A stretch of DNA of 64,000 nucleotides, taken from a virus. Where the stretch lies: positions 25,087 through 89,086 of IMG/VR virus record IMGVR_UViG_3300017917_000321, one strand, 5' to 3'. Numbering within the stretch: position 1 is the first letter of the stretch; every line of letters begins with the position of its first letter. A model generated the notes under the pieces. That model was not told the DNA's origin and searched no databases. It saw only the letters and a list, made by a program, of their open reading frames with translations. A program made the position numbers and the translations under genes. Below are positions 20,575-30,808 of the stretch, one piece after another.

Positions 20575-21231
20575 ATGACTAACGAAGAAATTACCAGAGC
20601 TTGTTTATACAACAGTCTAGCTAACCTCGGTGATGTTGTTAAGCTCAAATGGAAGTTTGATCCATATGAAGTAGAAAGACAGATAGAACAATTTAAAGAT
20701 AACTGGTGTCCTTACAACGTAAAAAAGGACACTGTTAACAATAGATGGGGATTACCTGTAACTAGTCACAGCGGTGATGTAATAGATAATTATCATTTAA
20801 ACAGTTTTGGCTACATGCAAAAATATCATAGTGTAGAAATGAAGGAAGAAAATTTTACTACACCTACACAAGTATATCATGCAATACCTGGGATAAGAAA
20901 TTTAGTAGATGTATTTCGACCTGACATAGGTAGGGTACATCTTTTGAGAGTGGACAAGGGAGGTTTCTTTCCTCCGCATAGAGATTTTCATGGAGCTGCT
21001 CCGGAGTATTTTAGACTGTTAGCTGTGTTTGGTCGTTGCAGTCCTGAGAATTATGTTCAATTGATCGACGGTAAAGCAGTGTATCCTGAACCGGGCTGGG
21101 TCTATTTTATTAACTTTCAAAAGGATCACAGTGTGTTTAGCTTTAGCGATAACTTGCATTCTTTAATACTAACAGTTAAGTTGAATGAACGCACACATTC
21201 ACTTATTATGAACAACACAATGGCCGAATGA
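20575..21231 (+). CDS. AspH-like 2OG-Fe(II) oxygenase
   Basis: GGFFPPHRD (HxD), PGWVYFIN..DHSV distal His. Confidence 0.75.
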   Translation: MTNEEITRACLYNSLANLGDVVKLKWKFDPYEVERQIEQFKDNWCPYNVKKDTVNNRWGLPVTSHSGDVIDNYHLNSFGYMQKYHSVEMKEENFTTPTQVYHAIPGIRNLVDVFRPDIGRVHLLRVDKGGFFPPHRDFHGAAPEYFRLLAVFGRCSPENYVQLIDGKAVYPEPGWVYFINFQKDHSVFSFSDNLHSLILTVKLNERTHSLIMNNTMAE

Positions 21232-22136
21232 AAATAACTTACCTTAACCCGGAAAAAGAAAATTGGTTTCTAGTTACCTGGGATATTTCAAACAAATGTA
21301 ATTACCGTTGTTCCTATTGTCCTGATTTTTTACATGACGGATCTTCAGGTTGGCCAGACTTTGAAAAGGTAACTAGATTTGTTGATACACTTAACGAACA
21401 ATATCCTGATAAAAAGATCTGCTTTCGCTTTAGCGGCGGAGAGCCTACATACTGGAAAAGATTTGATGAGCTTGGGAAGTATATAAAGGCGAAAGGAAAT
21501 TATTTTTCTTTTTTAACTAATGGTAGTCAAACTGTTGAATATTTTCAAAATATAAAAGATCATACTGACGGTGTTATTATCAGTTATCATTCTGAATTTG
21601 CAGAAACACAACATATAATTGATGTAGCTAATACGCTGTCTTGTCCTGTATCAATTAATCTAATGCTGGTTCCTGAAAAATTTGACACTGTTGTTGATAT
21701 AGCTAAACAAATATACGAAAATAGCAATGCAGCAATATGGCCTAAAGTAATTCTAACCAAGACAGGCGATCTAGGTCTTACTAACGAACCTAAAATTTAT
21801 ACCGAAGAACAACAGCATTTAATAAAACATTGGCCCTATTTTAGAAAATTAGATGAGACTAAAATACACAGAGGCGGAATAGCACTCAATGATAAACCTA
21901 TTACTGCTAATGAAATTATTTTAACAGGTCTTAACAAGTACTCTGGCTGGAAATGCTACGGCGGCATAGATAGTCTTCATGTATCGGCTTGGGGAGAAGT
22001 TTACAGATCCGATTGTAAACAAAATAAAATTGGACATATAGATAATTTTATTAGACCAACTGAGCCTACGGTATGCTCTAAACAGATCTGTGGTTGTTTA
22101 AGCGATCTATATCTTAGAAAAGAATTAGAAATCTAA
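21228..22136 (+). CDS. Radical SAM protein with C-terminal twitch-like domain
   Basis: CNYRCSYC; FSGGEPT; LTNGS; WKCYGG..C..C..CGC. Confidence 0.9.
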   Translation: MKITYLNPEKENWFLVTWDISNKCNYRCSYCPDFLHDGSSGWPDFEKVTRFVDTLNEQYPDKKICFRFSGGEPTYWKRFDELGKYIKAKGNYFSFLTNGSQTVEYFQNIKDHTDGVIISYHSEFAETQHIIDVANTLSCPVSINLMLVPEKFDTVVDIAKQIYENSNAAIWPKVILTKTGDLGLTNEPKIYTEEQQHLIKHWPYFRKLDETKIHRGGIALNDKPITANEIILTGLNKYSGWKCYGGIDSLHVSAWGEVYRSDCKQNKIGHIDNFIRPTEPTVCSKQICGCLSDLYLRKELEI

Positions 22137-23276
22137 AACAGATTTGTAATTTAAATCTTTATCAAACTCTAGTATTGACTGTGACTTATCTTTTAAGTTA
22201 TAGGATATTGCGTACATCTTATCTTTGAATAACAGAGGTCTTCCTAACATTGTATCATCAAAGTATAATTTCTTTTCAACAGTTCCTTCCCGACTTACCT
22301 TAATAATAGGGCAACTTGGGCTTCCGCCTGGAAAGAAAAATGCAGATCCTTTGTAAGAAATACCAGACCTATATCTATATTTGCCGCCATGTGCAATACC
22401 TATATCAAATTGTTTAATATCTTTTGTGTTAACGTCAAACACTATACCAAGATTGCTGTCATAACAGAACTCGTCACCATAGGGTACGCCTATAATTTTA
22501 TCTTCAACTAGTGTAGCAACATTATACTTTTTAGCAAAGTCGTGACCGTGCAAGGGATAGGACTTAAATTCTTTAGTATTAGTGTTAAATTCTATTACTT
22601 CATTAAGGCCTGCTGTTTCGCCAAAAGGTAATGCGTATAAAATATCACCCACTGCTACAACATCTGTATACTTTCTTGTAACAGATGGATTTATATTAGG
22701 TATAGGGTATGTTTCTAATTTAGTTCCATCAAAGCTAACAAGATTAAGGTATCCCTCTGTATCACTTCTAGGCATACTCCAGTAACGGCCATTTGAGAAC
22801 GCACAGCCCATGTGCAATTTAACATGTTCCTGCTTATTAAAACTTATTGCATGAACTGTATCATTTTTAATATATAGCCCATAGCTAGTATCTTCATAAC
22901 CTAACGGGAAGCTAAACGCAGTCTCGCCATCAGATGCTACACTATAGAATTGACCCTTCCCTGTATTATCTATTTTATGATATATGGGAGTCTTATCTTT
23001 TAATTGAACAACGATATTAAAATCATCCCATATGCCGTAAGGTACTAACCAAAGACTATCTTTTACTGTAACAACAGCATTAGTCTTACTAGTTACCGGT
23101 GGAAGATCAAGATCTATATATTCGACACTAGTTCCATTCCATACAAGTATTTTACTATAGTCTTTGCACAACTCTGTTGCAAAAGGAGGACTAACAATAT
23201 TACCTTGATACTCTGCTAGTATCAAATGTCTTATTTCTGCTTCGTGGTAGAAGTCTGCAAATGCTTTATAGGCCAT
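22125..23276 (-). CDS. Beta-propeller repeat protein
   Basis: Roughly 50-aa repeats ending LVPYG, SFPLG, SMPR, ALPFG, GVPYG, FFPGG. Confidence 0.6.
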   Translation of the reverse strand: MAYKAFADFYHEAEIRHLILAEYQGNIVSPPFATELCKDYSKILVWNGTSVEYIDLDLPPVTSKTNAVVTVKDSLWLVPYGIWDDFNIVVQLKDKTPIYHKIDNTGKGQFYSVASDGETAFSFPLGYEDTSYGLYIKNDTVHAISFNKQEHVKLHMGCAFSNGRYWSMPRSDTEGYLNLVSFDGTKLETYPIPNINPSVTRKYTDVVAVGDILYALPFGETAGLNEVIEFNTNTKEFKSYPLHGHDFAKKYNVATLVEDKIIGVPYGDEFCYDSNLGIVFDVNTKDIKQFDIGIAHGGKYRYRSGISYKGSAFFFPGGSPSCPIIKVSREGTVEKKLYFDDTMLGRPLLFKDKMYAISYNLKDKSQSILEFDKDLNYKSVLDF

Positions 23277-24507
23277 TTAGATCAATCTCTTTAATAACTG
23301 TTTCTGTTAGTGTGTCGAAAACTAGTACGGTTTGAAAGCTATCACTTTGACCATAAGGCATAGCAAAAATCTTATCATCAACTATTACACTAGCATTATA
23401 TTTTTCTATTGTTGTGTTATCTGTAAAATGTTTACTTACATCTACACTGTAAAAACTATCATCAGCAGTATTCACAACAAGTATTTCTGCAAGATCGCCT
23501 TGACTTTTCCAATTTTCAAAAGGTTCACAAACACAACCGCCCCTGGGTATCCAATAGATTTTTCCTTTGCTATTTTCCCAACCTGTAAAATATTTTTTAC
23601 TTTCTTTACCTAGATTTACATTAACAGTTTTCCATTGGTCAGTGTTAGCGTCGATGATTAACATTTCACTCCATGACTCTTCATGACCTGCAGGAGGACA
23701 ATACACTTTACCATTTTTAGATACTGTATGACTGTAATATTTTCTCGAAGTTGCCTTTATTCCGGTACGCTCTGAGCTCCAGTTTGTTCCATTAAATTTT
23801 AACATTACGTCAAAGTTATCATTTTCACTATAAGGAGGTGCATACAATTTATTTCCTACCTGTGCCATAGTCGTATACTTTTTATTTGTTATAAACTTTT
23901 GGTCATCATAATCTTTCCACAGATTAGAAAAATCATTTAATTCATAACTAAAATCTCGACAATCTAGTTTTATAACATAGGGAAAATATGGAGGATCACA
24001 ACGTTCTCCTCTTGGGACGCCGTAGATAAAATCACCTACAATTTTACTAGTATGCCATTTCTTCTGATCATTTATTGGACAGCGTATATGTTTGTAGAAA
24101 AGTTCTTTTGTGTATACATCGTATGACAATGCATAATCAAATTCTTCAAATTCACCGTAAGGTAATGCTACAACCTTATTGCCCCATCTATGAGATGCTA
24201 TGTATTTTCCTTTTTGTGGTAATGGAACGGATATCTGCTTTACTTCGTCAGTGTCTGTGTTAAGTACAATAATGCTAGTTTCGTTATAAGGAAAGAAAAC
24301 AATAAAATTATCTATTACAGTACCGTACTGCCATTTTTCAAAACTATCATCAACTGATAATTTTATTTTTGTAATTTCATAAGTATTAGGATTAATTTTA
24401 AGCATATAATCTAAACTCTCTTTGAGGCCGTACGGCGGCACATAGATCATATTATTATTTCCTAGTGTAGGAAAACTAAATGCTTGCGGGGTCAAATTTA
24501 TCTCCAA
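23266..24507 (-). CDS. Beta-propeller repeat protein, paralog of the adjacent gene (start uncertain)
   Basis: Repeats YVPPYG, FFPYN, ALPYG, GVPRG, APPYS, CPPAG, WIPRG, AMPYG. Confidence 0.6.
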   Translation of the reverse strand: MEINLTPQAFSFPTLGNNNMIYVPPYGLKESLDYMLKINPNTYEITKIKLSVDDSFEKWQYGTVIDNFIVFFPYNETSIIVLNTDTDEVKQISVPLPQKGKYIASHRWGNKVVALPYGEFEEFDYALSYDVYTKELFYKHIRCPINDQKKWHTSKIVGDFIYGVPRGERCDPPYFPYVIKLDCRDFSYELNDFSNLWKDYDDQKFITNKKYTTMAQVGNKLYAPPYSENDNFDVMLKFNGTNWSSERTGIKATSRKYYSHTVSKNGKVYCPPAGHEESWSEMLIIDANTDQWKTVNVNLGKESKKYFTGWENSKGKIYWIPRGGCVCEPFENWKSQGDLAEILVVNTADDSFYSVDVSKHFTDNTTIEKYNASVIVDDKIFAMPYGQSDSFQTVLVFDTLTETVIKEIDLNGL

Positions 24508-24931
24508 AGGCTGATTTTAGATCAGATAACAACTTGTTTTGTACATCCTCGTAGGAATAGATTCCTACATTATCCCAATCAATCAAAAACATTTCCTCAC
24601 CGTCAACTATTATATTACTAAGCACCCAATCATAGTGTGCATACGGTGAAGTTTTCTTTATATTTTCTAAACAGAACTCATAAACTTTTTTTATAAATTC
24701 TTTTGTATGTTCTAGTTTGCTAGCTTCTATGCCACTAATCTTCTTGAAATCAATCCACATAGAATTATCTGTCCAGCCGTATCTTAAAATATATTCTGGC
24801 CAGATTCCTTTCATTATACTGACATGTTTTTCTAGAGTCTGAACATCTTTAAAGTCCCAGGTCTTTCTGTAACAATCTTCAAGTTCAAAAACTTTTCTTT
24901 TCTTTTCAGGTGTTGATTTAACTAAGACCAT
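24476..24931 (-). CDS. Minimal protein-kinase-like (APH/RIO-type) phosphotransferase
   Basis: HYDWVLSNIIVD catalytic loop and LIDWD metal-binding motif. Confidence 0.7.
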   Translation of the reverse strand: MVLVKSTPEKKRKVFELEDCYRKTWDFKDVQTLEKHVSIMKGIWPEYILRYGWTDNSMWIDFKKISGIEASKLEHTKEFIKKVYEFCLENIKKTSPYAHYDWVLSNIIVDGEEMFLIDWDNVGIYSYEDVQNKLLSDLKSAFGDKFDPASI

Positions 24932-25958
24932 ATGCAGCAGCTACCTCCGGCAAGTAATCTTTAATACTAACTTTCCTCCAACTATCTAGTGCAGTTATTC
25001 TCTGTTTAAAGAGTTCAATCGCAGCAGGGTTTGCAGGAGCCGACGACCACATTCTAATATTTTTAGATTGATAGTTGTCTTTTAGACTTTGCGGTGCGTT
25101 TTTGCAATTGAGCCAATCCGGAGTATTTAAAATGTTTTCGTAATATCCGAAATTATTTTTGTCAGCATATTCTTCAATCTCATTTGTAAATGTAGCATTG
25201 AGCACACTTATAGTTGGTGTTAAATCTACTTTGCAGAAATCTGCATAGCGTTTAGCATTTTCGTGTATTTGATCCCACTTGCTCCCGTAGCGTATATAAT
25301 CAATGCGCCTATCAACTGCGTCAAGGCTAAGTGCCATTAAGACTTTATCAAATTTTCTAAGAATCTTTTCAAGCTTCGGATTCCATATAGTACAGTTAGT
25401 GTTAAAGCGAAGAGCAACACTTCTATCTAAACGTTCTAAAAATTCAGGAAGGTGCTTAACCATCATCGGTTCGCCACCTGTTAGATACACTTCTTTAATA
25501 TCAGCAGTTTCTATTCTTTGAAAAGTTTCTTCAGTAGCCCAGTTAAAATTAGGAATTTCTAAAATACTATATAGGGGTTGTACTCCTGCTTTGTGCATGT
25601 CTATTGCTTCTTCTGCAATACTGCTACTGCTCATGTTCCAGCAGCTTAAACACTTTAAATTACAACTGTTTCCAAATCTGAGATCAAAGTGGCTAAGACC
25701 TGGTCCATAAACTCTTGGCTTTTGACGTTGACTTTGAATGCCTTTAGCTTCTAAATTCCTGCAAGGTTCGCATGCCGCAGGCCAAACATCATTGTTCAAT
25801 TGTTCCCTGATTTTAACATGAAACTCGCTGTCATGCCATTCTTGTGGAGTATGTGTAAAGATAGTTTCTTTATTTTCTGGTTCCAAACTAGCACAGCACA
25901 GACGATACTGACCGTCACTTCGTATACAAATTTGGTGTTCTAGATATTTACATTTCAT
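24918..25958 (-). CDS. Radical SAM protein with N-terminal twitch domain
   Basis: KC..LCC..CEPC; CNLKCLSC; LTGGEP; SLDA..YIRYG. Confidence 0.9.
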   Translation of the reverse strand: MKCKYLEHQICIRSDGQYRLCCASLEPENKETIFTHTPQEWHDSEFHVKIREQLNNDVWPAACEPCRNLEAKGIQSQRQKPRVYGPGLSHFDLRFGNSCNLKCLSCWNMSSSSIAEEAIDMHKAGVQPLYSILEIPNFNWATEETFQRIETADIKEVYLTGGEPMMVKHLPEFLERLDRSVALRFNTNCTIWNPKLEKILRKFDKVLMALSLDAVDRRIDYIRYGSKWDQIHENAKRYADFCKVDLTPTISVLNATFTNEIEEYADKNNFGYYENILNTPDWLNCKNAPQSLKDNYQSKNIRMWSSAPANPAAIELFKQRITALDSWRKVSIKDYLPEVAAAYGLS

Positions 25959-25985
25959 GAGTAACTCTGGCTATTATATGCTAAC

Positions 25986-25996
25986 ATAAATATTTA
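25986..25996. promoter_or_regulatory. Overlapping back-to-back TAAATA motifs between divergent radical SAM genes
   Basis: aTAAATAttta: + copy at 25987-25992, - copy at 25991-25996, in the 70-nt divergent gap. Confidence 0.55.
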
Positions 25997-26028
25997 GTAA
26001 AGGGTAACACCTAAGGTTCAATTATAGA

Positions 26029-27228
26029 ATGACTGTTGATAACAATACAAGTAAAAAATGCATACTTCCGTGGATTCATCTTAATGTTGAAACCAATGGT
26101 GATGTGTATCCCTGTTGTCAAGCAGACTTATCATTGCCGGCCCTTGGAAATTTAAATAAAAACACAGTTTCTGAGATACGAAACAGCGATAAATTTATTC
26201 AATTACGGCAGCAAATGATAGATGGAATCGAACCTTCCTATTGTAGGGGCTGTTATGATAGAGAAAAACAATTTCCGGCATCAATGCAGAGCAAGCGTGT
26301 TAGAGAAAATAAGCAGTGGGAGAAGCTTTGGTCCTTAACTGATACTCCTACAGTAGGCGATCATATTTTTTATCTTGATGTAAGATACAGTAATGTATGT
26401 AATTTCAAATGTAGATCTTGTGATCCTAGCGGAAGTCATTCTATTGCAGCTGAACAACAAAAGCTAGGGTTAAGTTCTGATGATTCTATTATTAGACGAT
26501 TTGATTCTAGATCAATATTTAAAGCAATAGATAATAATATATCTAATTTAGAAGAAATTTATTTTGTAGGCGGTGAACCGTTATTAATGGAAGAGCATTA
26601 CATTCTTTTAGATAAATTAATAGCCGCAGGAAATACTTCAGTTAGGCTAAGATACAACACTAATCTAAGTAGGTTTGATTTTAAATCAAAAAATGTTTTA
26701 GAATACTGGAGTAATTTTGATTCGATTTTAGTGAATGCAAGTTTAGATCATTACGGAAATAAATTAGAGTACATTCGTAACGGAGCAGACTGGAATATAA
26801 TACAGCAAAATTTAAAAGATTTAAAGAATATACCTTCTGTAAAATTGCAAATACACTGGCTAATGTCGGTCTTTAATGCAACAGATATATTTGAAATATT
26901 TGATTATTATGTTTCTAATAACTTTATAAATGAAGAAGATTTTTTCTTAAATGTTTTACTTGATCCATATTATTACTGTATACAGACGTTGCATCCTACT
27001 CTAAAAATAGTAGTTAATGGTCAGATTGATTTACTTTTAGAAAAGTATAAAAACATAAACGAATTTTTAAGAACAAATCTGGAACAAATTAAATATCACA
27101 TGAATGCGGTTAATGCATGGGACATTCACAAAGACAGATTTATAAAAATAACTTCTTTACTAGATAATGCTAGAAATGAAAATTTTAAAGAAACTTTCCC
27201 TCAGTTAAAGGTACAAATAGATGGATAA
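26029..27228 (+). CDS. Radical SAM protein with N-terminal twitch/SPASM domain
   Basis: CILPW..YPCC..CRGC; CNFKCRSC; FVGGEP; YNTN; SLD..YIRNG. Confidence 0.9.
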   Translation: MTVDNNTSKKCILPWIHLNVETNGDVYPCCQADLSLPALGNLNKNTVSEIRNSDKFIQLRQQMIDGIEPSYCRGCYDREKQFPASMQSKRVRENKQWEKLWSLTDTPTVGDHIFYLDVRYSNVCNFKCRSCDPSGSHSIAAEQQKLGLSSDDSIIRRFDSRSIFKAIDNNISNLEEIYFVGGEPLLMEEHYILLDKLIAAGNTSVRLRYNTNLSRFDFKSKNVLEYWSNFDSILVNASLDHYGNKLEYIRNGADWNIIQQNLKDLKNIPSVKLQIHWLMSVFNATDIFEIFDYYVSNNFINEEDFFLNVLLDPYYYCIQTLHPTLKIVVNGQIDLLLEKYKNINEFLRTNLEQIKYHMNAVNAWDIHKDRFIKITSLLDNARNENFKETFPQLKVQIDG

Positions 27229-27940
27229 CACACATAAAGAAATACTTGAAAGATTTTGGAATGAAAATTCTAAACCTATTGAGTATAGATACCCTGATTT
27301 TTTTGATCCTAAATGGACAGTGATGGAATCAGGATGGCCCTGTTTTAAATTGAGCATTTTTGATAATCAACCTTGGAAAGAAATGCACAAAGAAGCTGAA
27401 CAGTTACTTGATAGTTTTCATCCACATAGAGAAGACTATGGTAATGGTTGGAAAAGTTTAACAATACATGGTCTAGATGAAGATACACAAAGTCTAGGAC
27501 AGTATGGCAATGATCGAAATAAGACGCTCGGCGAATTAGAGTGGACATGGGTAGCTGATAAGTGTCCTACAGTTAAAAAGTTTTTAACGGATGTGTGGCC
27601 TGCAGAATTTTTAAACAGAGTAAGATTTATGCTCTTAGAACCAGGTGGTTATATACTACCTCATCAAGACAGACCTGATAGCCAAAAGCGTTTAAGTGTT
27701 TGTAACATTAGTTTGAATAATCCTGAGGGTTGTGAATTTCTTTTTAAAGGACACGGTAAAGTTCCCTTTAGTGATCAGGGTAGTGCCTTTTTAATGGATA
27801 TATCAAATGTGCATTCTGTATGGAATAGAAGTAACACTCCTAGACTGCATATGATTATACATTATGAGCTAGGGCATAGAATCAGAGACTTCTTTTATGT
27901 ACTGCGCAGTAGCTATTACACTAACAGAGGTGCAAAATGA
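27221..27940 (+). CDS. AspH-like 2OG-Fe(II) oxygenase
   Basis: RVRFMLLEPGGYILPHQD; HSVWNRSNTPRLHMII. Confidence 0.85.
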   Translation: MDNTHKEILERFWNENSKPIEYRYPDFFDPKWTVMESGWPCFKLSIFDNQPWKEMHKEAEQLLDSFHPHREDYGNGWKSLTIHGLDEDTQSLGQYGNDRNKTLGELEWTWVADKCPTVKKFLTDVWPAEFLNRVRFMLLEPGGYILPHQDRPDSQKRLSVCNISLNNPEGCEFLFKGHGKVPFSDQGSAFLMDISNVHSVWNRSNTPRLHMIIHYELGHRIRDFFYVLRSSYYTNRGAK

Positions 27941-29418
27941 GAGATTGGAATAGCATTACATATGATAGATATCTTGATCATTACAAGCTAGATATTCCTG
28001 TTGGCTTAGGCATACTAGATATTTCTAGAGACATTGATAGTGAGTTCGTAAGAAAAAGATCTTTCGATATGACCTTTTGGATGACCAATCAAAGTCTAAA
28101 GATGGGATATGGTACCTATCGAGGATTTAATGATAAAGTAGAAGATATCTTAGAGGAAAGTCTATCTAAAGGTGATCATATTTGTATTATACAGTGCCAA
28201 GGTATGATGAGTCTTAGACTTGCACACATTATTTCAACTAGCGTTAATTACTTTAAACAAAATCCTGATAAGTTTGTGATAGGTCATATAATGGCTCGCA
28301 AGGGCCGTTATCCTGGAATACATAGACAGATGCTTATTGTAAATTTAAAAGTTTGGGAAAAGTTAGGTAAGCCACCTTATTTAGAGCAGGGGTTCTTTTG
28401 GGATAGAAAACGAGAGTACTGTAATTTTGAAGTCAGTGAAAATAAAATTGCAGCAGAATATACACCAGACTGGATAGGACCAAAAGAAGGTACATCTAAA
28501 TTTGATAATACAGAAGATGGTGCTAATTGGGTTCACATAGCATTATCTAATGGGATAGTTATAGAAAATTTAAATCTTGAAATGAGAGAATGCAAGTGTT
28601 TCTTGTACCCCTACGAAGATACTGCACAGTTAGAAAAAGTATGGAATAATCTTCAACAGGAAGAAGAAGTAGACAAACTTAAAAATTACAGTGCAAGAAC
28701 ATGGATGAGAAAACTTGCCTATCAAGAATTTATTGAAAAGGATAGGGTCTATGCGTTTAATACTGAAAGACTAAGTGCTGACGGTGTTAGAAGTGATGGT
28801 CCAGTAGATCATTTGTTTAGTGCAGCAGCCGGTTTCAAACCTTTAGCATTATTAAGGAATAATAAGTTTCATGAAGGTACTACTGTACACTATTTTGATT
28901 GGTGTCGCGCAAGTTTAGACTTTAAGAAACATGTATTAGAAACATGGGACGGTTATGATTTTCATAAGTGGTTGCTAGAGAATGATGGTAAGTATAACCT
29001 ATCCAGTACTTACAGAGGTAACTACGAAGAATTCTGGAGATTAGAACTAACCAAAGAATTCGGGTCTGCTGATCAGTTTAAAGAATTATGGGATCGTTAT
29101 AGAAAATTAGAACATCATTTCCATGTAATTGATATAGTTAGTGAGCCTGAAAAACTCTTTAACATAATTAATCAGACTACAGGTAATAGAGTACTTTGGA
29201 CAACTAATATTTGGGCTAGTATGCAATTACACTGGAACGTTGAAATTGATGAACTAGAACAAAAATGGTTAAAGTTTCAGAGTCTAATACCTGAAGGTCT
29301 AGCAATCTACGGTCAAGACTACTTAGCTAGGGATATACAGCGTAGAGTAAGACATAAATTAGATTACACACACCCGCGGTATGTTAGTACTAATAAATAT
29401 GTACAACAATGGGGGTAG
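27937..29418 (+). CDS. Two-domain hypothetical protein (possible GT-A-like N-terminus, SAM-binding Rossmann-like C-terminus)
   Basis: FVIGHI..H.Q.LIVNL..W; C-terminal LFSAAAGF..VHYFDW..VIDIV..LWTTN. Confidence 0.4.
   Translation: MRDWNSITYDRYLDHYKLDIPVGLGILDISRDIDSEFVRKRSFDMTFWMTNQSLKMGYGTYRGFNDKVEDILEESLSKGDHICIIQCQGMMSLRLAHIISTSVNYFKQNPDKFVIGHIMARKGRYPGIHRQMLIVNLKVWEKLGKPPYLEQGFFWDRKREYCNFEVSENKIAAEYTPDWIGPKEGTSKFDNTEDGANWVHIALSNGIVIENLNLEMRECKCFLYPYEDTAQLEKVWNNLQQEEEVDKLKNYSARTWMRKLAYQEFIEKDRVYAFNTERLSADGVRSDGPVDHLFSAAAGFKPLALLRNNKFHEGTTVHYFDWCRASLDFKKHVLETWDGYDFHKWLLENDGKYNLSSTYRGNYEEFWRLELTKEFGSADQFKELWDRYRKLEHHFHVIDIVSEPEKLFNIINQTTGNRVLWTTNIWASMQLHWNVEIDELEQKWLKFQSLIPEGLAIYGQDYLARDIQRRVRHKLDYTHPRYVSTNKYVQQWG
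29394..29399 (+). promoter_or_regulatory. TAAATA late-promoter-like motif
   Basis: aaTAAATAt about 22 nt before the GGGGG-RBS gene at 29422. Confidence 0.4.
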
Positions 29419-29421
29419 ACA

Positions 29422-30153
29422 ATGTACGGTCGCGTAATCAAAAACTATGATCCAATTAATCATGGCATAACTAAACACTTTTTGTATGAAACTAATGACT
29501 GGGATCTTATTGAATTAAACTATAACGTAGATGTTGAACGTTTACAAGACTGGTGGAAGACCGTTCTAAAGAACTACGAGAACATGGTTTTTGATTTTAA
29601 CAAGCACTACCAGTCTTTAGAATTAGAAAAAAGCAAAGAGATGGTAGAACAGGGCTACTGCGGATACTATTGCGGCCCGATTGACGGAGTCACACTAGCA
29701 TGGCCCGAAGAAAAATACGAAGCATTGCCTCCGCCTGTACAAGCCAACTTAGAAAAGTATCCAGAGGTCAACAGAGAAACTTTCTTTGATGACGCTACGC
29801 TATTACCTAAGTTAAGATTTGGATACTTTGACGAACTAATTAATGAACTAGGAGAAGATAGTTTCAGGCAAGCGATTGTTACTAGACATCATCCTGGAAT
29901 GTATATTAGGCAGCATAGAGACAGTAAGGTTTTAAAACTGCATATACCTATCGAGTCTCACGAAAATGCTTTCTTCCATTTTGGCGAAAATAAGGAACAT
30001 GGCAAATATCATTTAAAGCCTGGAAAAGTTTACATACTTAACACAGGTGACTGGCATGGTACAACCAATGAGACTGATATTTTTAGATCTCATATTATAA
30101 CAAGAATTGCAGATTGGCATATACTAAAGGTAATTGGGATGACTAATGACTAA
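29422..30153 (+). CDS. AspH-like 2OG-Fe(II) oxygenase
   Basis: HPGMYIRQHRD, LHIPI, PGKVYILNT..WHGTTN..R.H. Confidence 0.8.
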   Translation: MYGRVIKNYDPINHGITKHFLYETNDWDLIELNYNVDVERLQDWWKTVLKNYENMVFDFNKHYQSLELEKSKEMVEQGYCGYYCGPIDGVTLAWPEEKYEALPPPVQANLEKYPEVNRETFFDDATLLPKLRFGYFDELINELGEDSFRQAIVTRHHPGMYIRQHRDSKVLKLHIPIESHENAFFHFGENKEHGKYHLKPGKVYILNTGDWHGTTNETDIFRSHIITRIADWHILKVIGMTND

Positions 30154-30808
30154 GGTGATGAAAAGGTATATAGAGCAGTACGAGCCTATTGATTTAGGTT
30201 TTACTATTATGCCTTGGATACCTGTAGATGTACAAGCCATAAGAGAATGGTACACTGATTTAGAAAAAAATTACAGTGATTGGAAATTTGTAATAGGTGA
30301 AAATCATCATGTTTGGAAAATGCCTATCTCTGACCCCACAGGAGAGACAGGTCATATTTTGCCTGATGATGCATTTTATTATACTCTGTGTTGGAATGGA
30401 GATGAACCTGGACCAAAACCCTTTGAACAAGGTTGTGCAAAACCTGAGTACAGAGATGATGACAATGACGAATTAAATCCTAGACAGTGTTTTAATGGCT
30501 ATGCATTAGATTTTGTAAAACAACTTCCGGTTAGAAGTAAGAAATGGTTAATAACAGGCCACACACCGGGAACTAAATTAATAACACATCAAGATGCTAC
30601 CGATAAAATAAGAGTACACATTCCTATATACACTAATGAAGATAGTAACTGGACAATTAACGGTGAAGAATATCACATGGAGCCTGGGTGGGCATATCTA
30701 GTTAATACAACACTGCCACACAGTGTAGAAAATAAAGGTTCAACTAACAGAATACATTTATACGGTAAAGTATGGACTGATGATGTAAGGAAAGTATTGT
30801 GCGTGTAG
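30146..30808 (+). CDS. AspH-like 2OG-Fe(II) oxygenase
   Basis: PGTKLITHQD, RVHIPI, YLVNTTLPHSVENKGSTNRIHL. Confidence 0.85.
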   Translation: MTKVMKRYIEQYEPIDLGFTIMPWIPVDVQAIREWYTDLEKNYSDWKFVIGENHHVWKMPISDPTGETGHILPDDAFYYTLCWNGDEPGPKPFEQGCAKPEYRDDDNDELNPRQCFNGYALDFVKQLPVRSKKWLITGHTPGTKLITHQDATDKIRVHIPIYTNEDSNWTINGEEYHMEPGWAYLVNTTLPHSVENKGSTNRIHLYGKVWTDDVRKVLCV

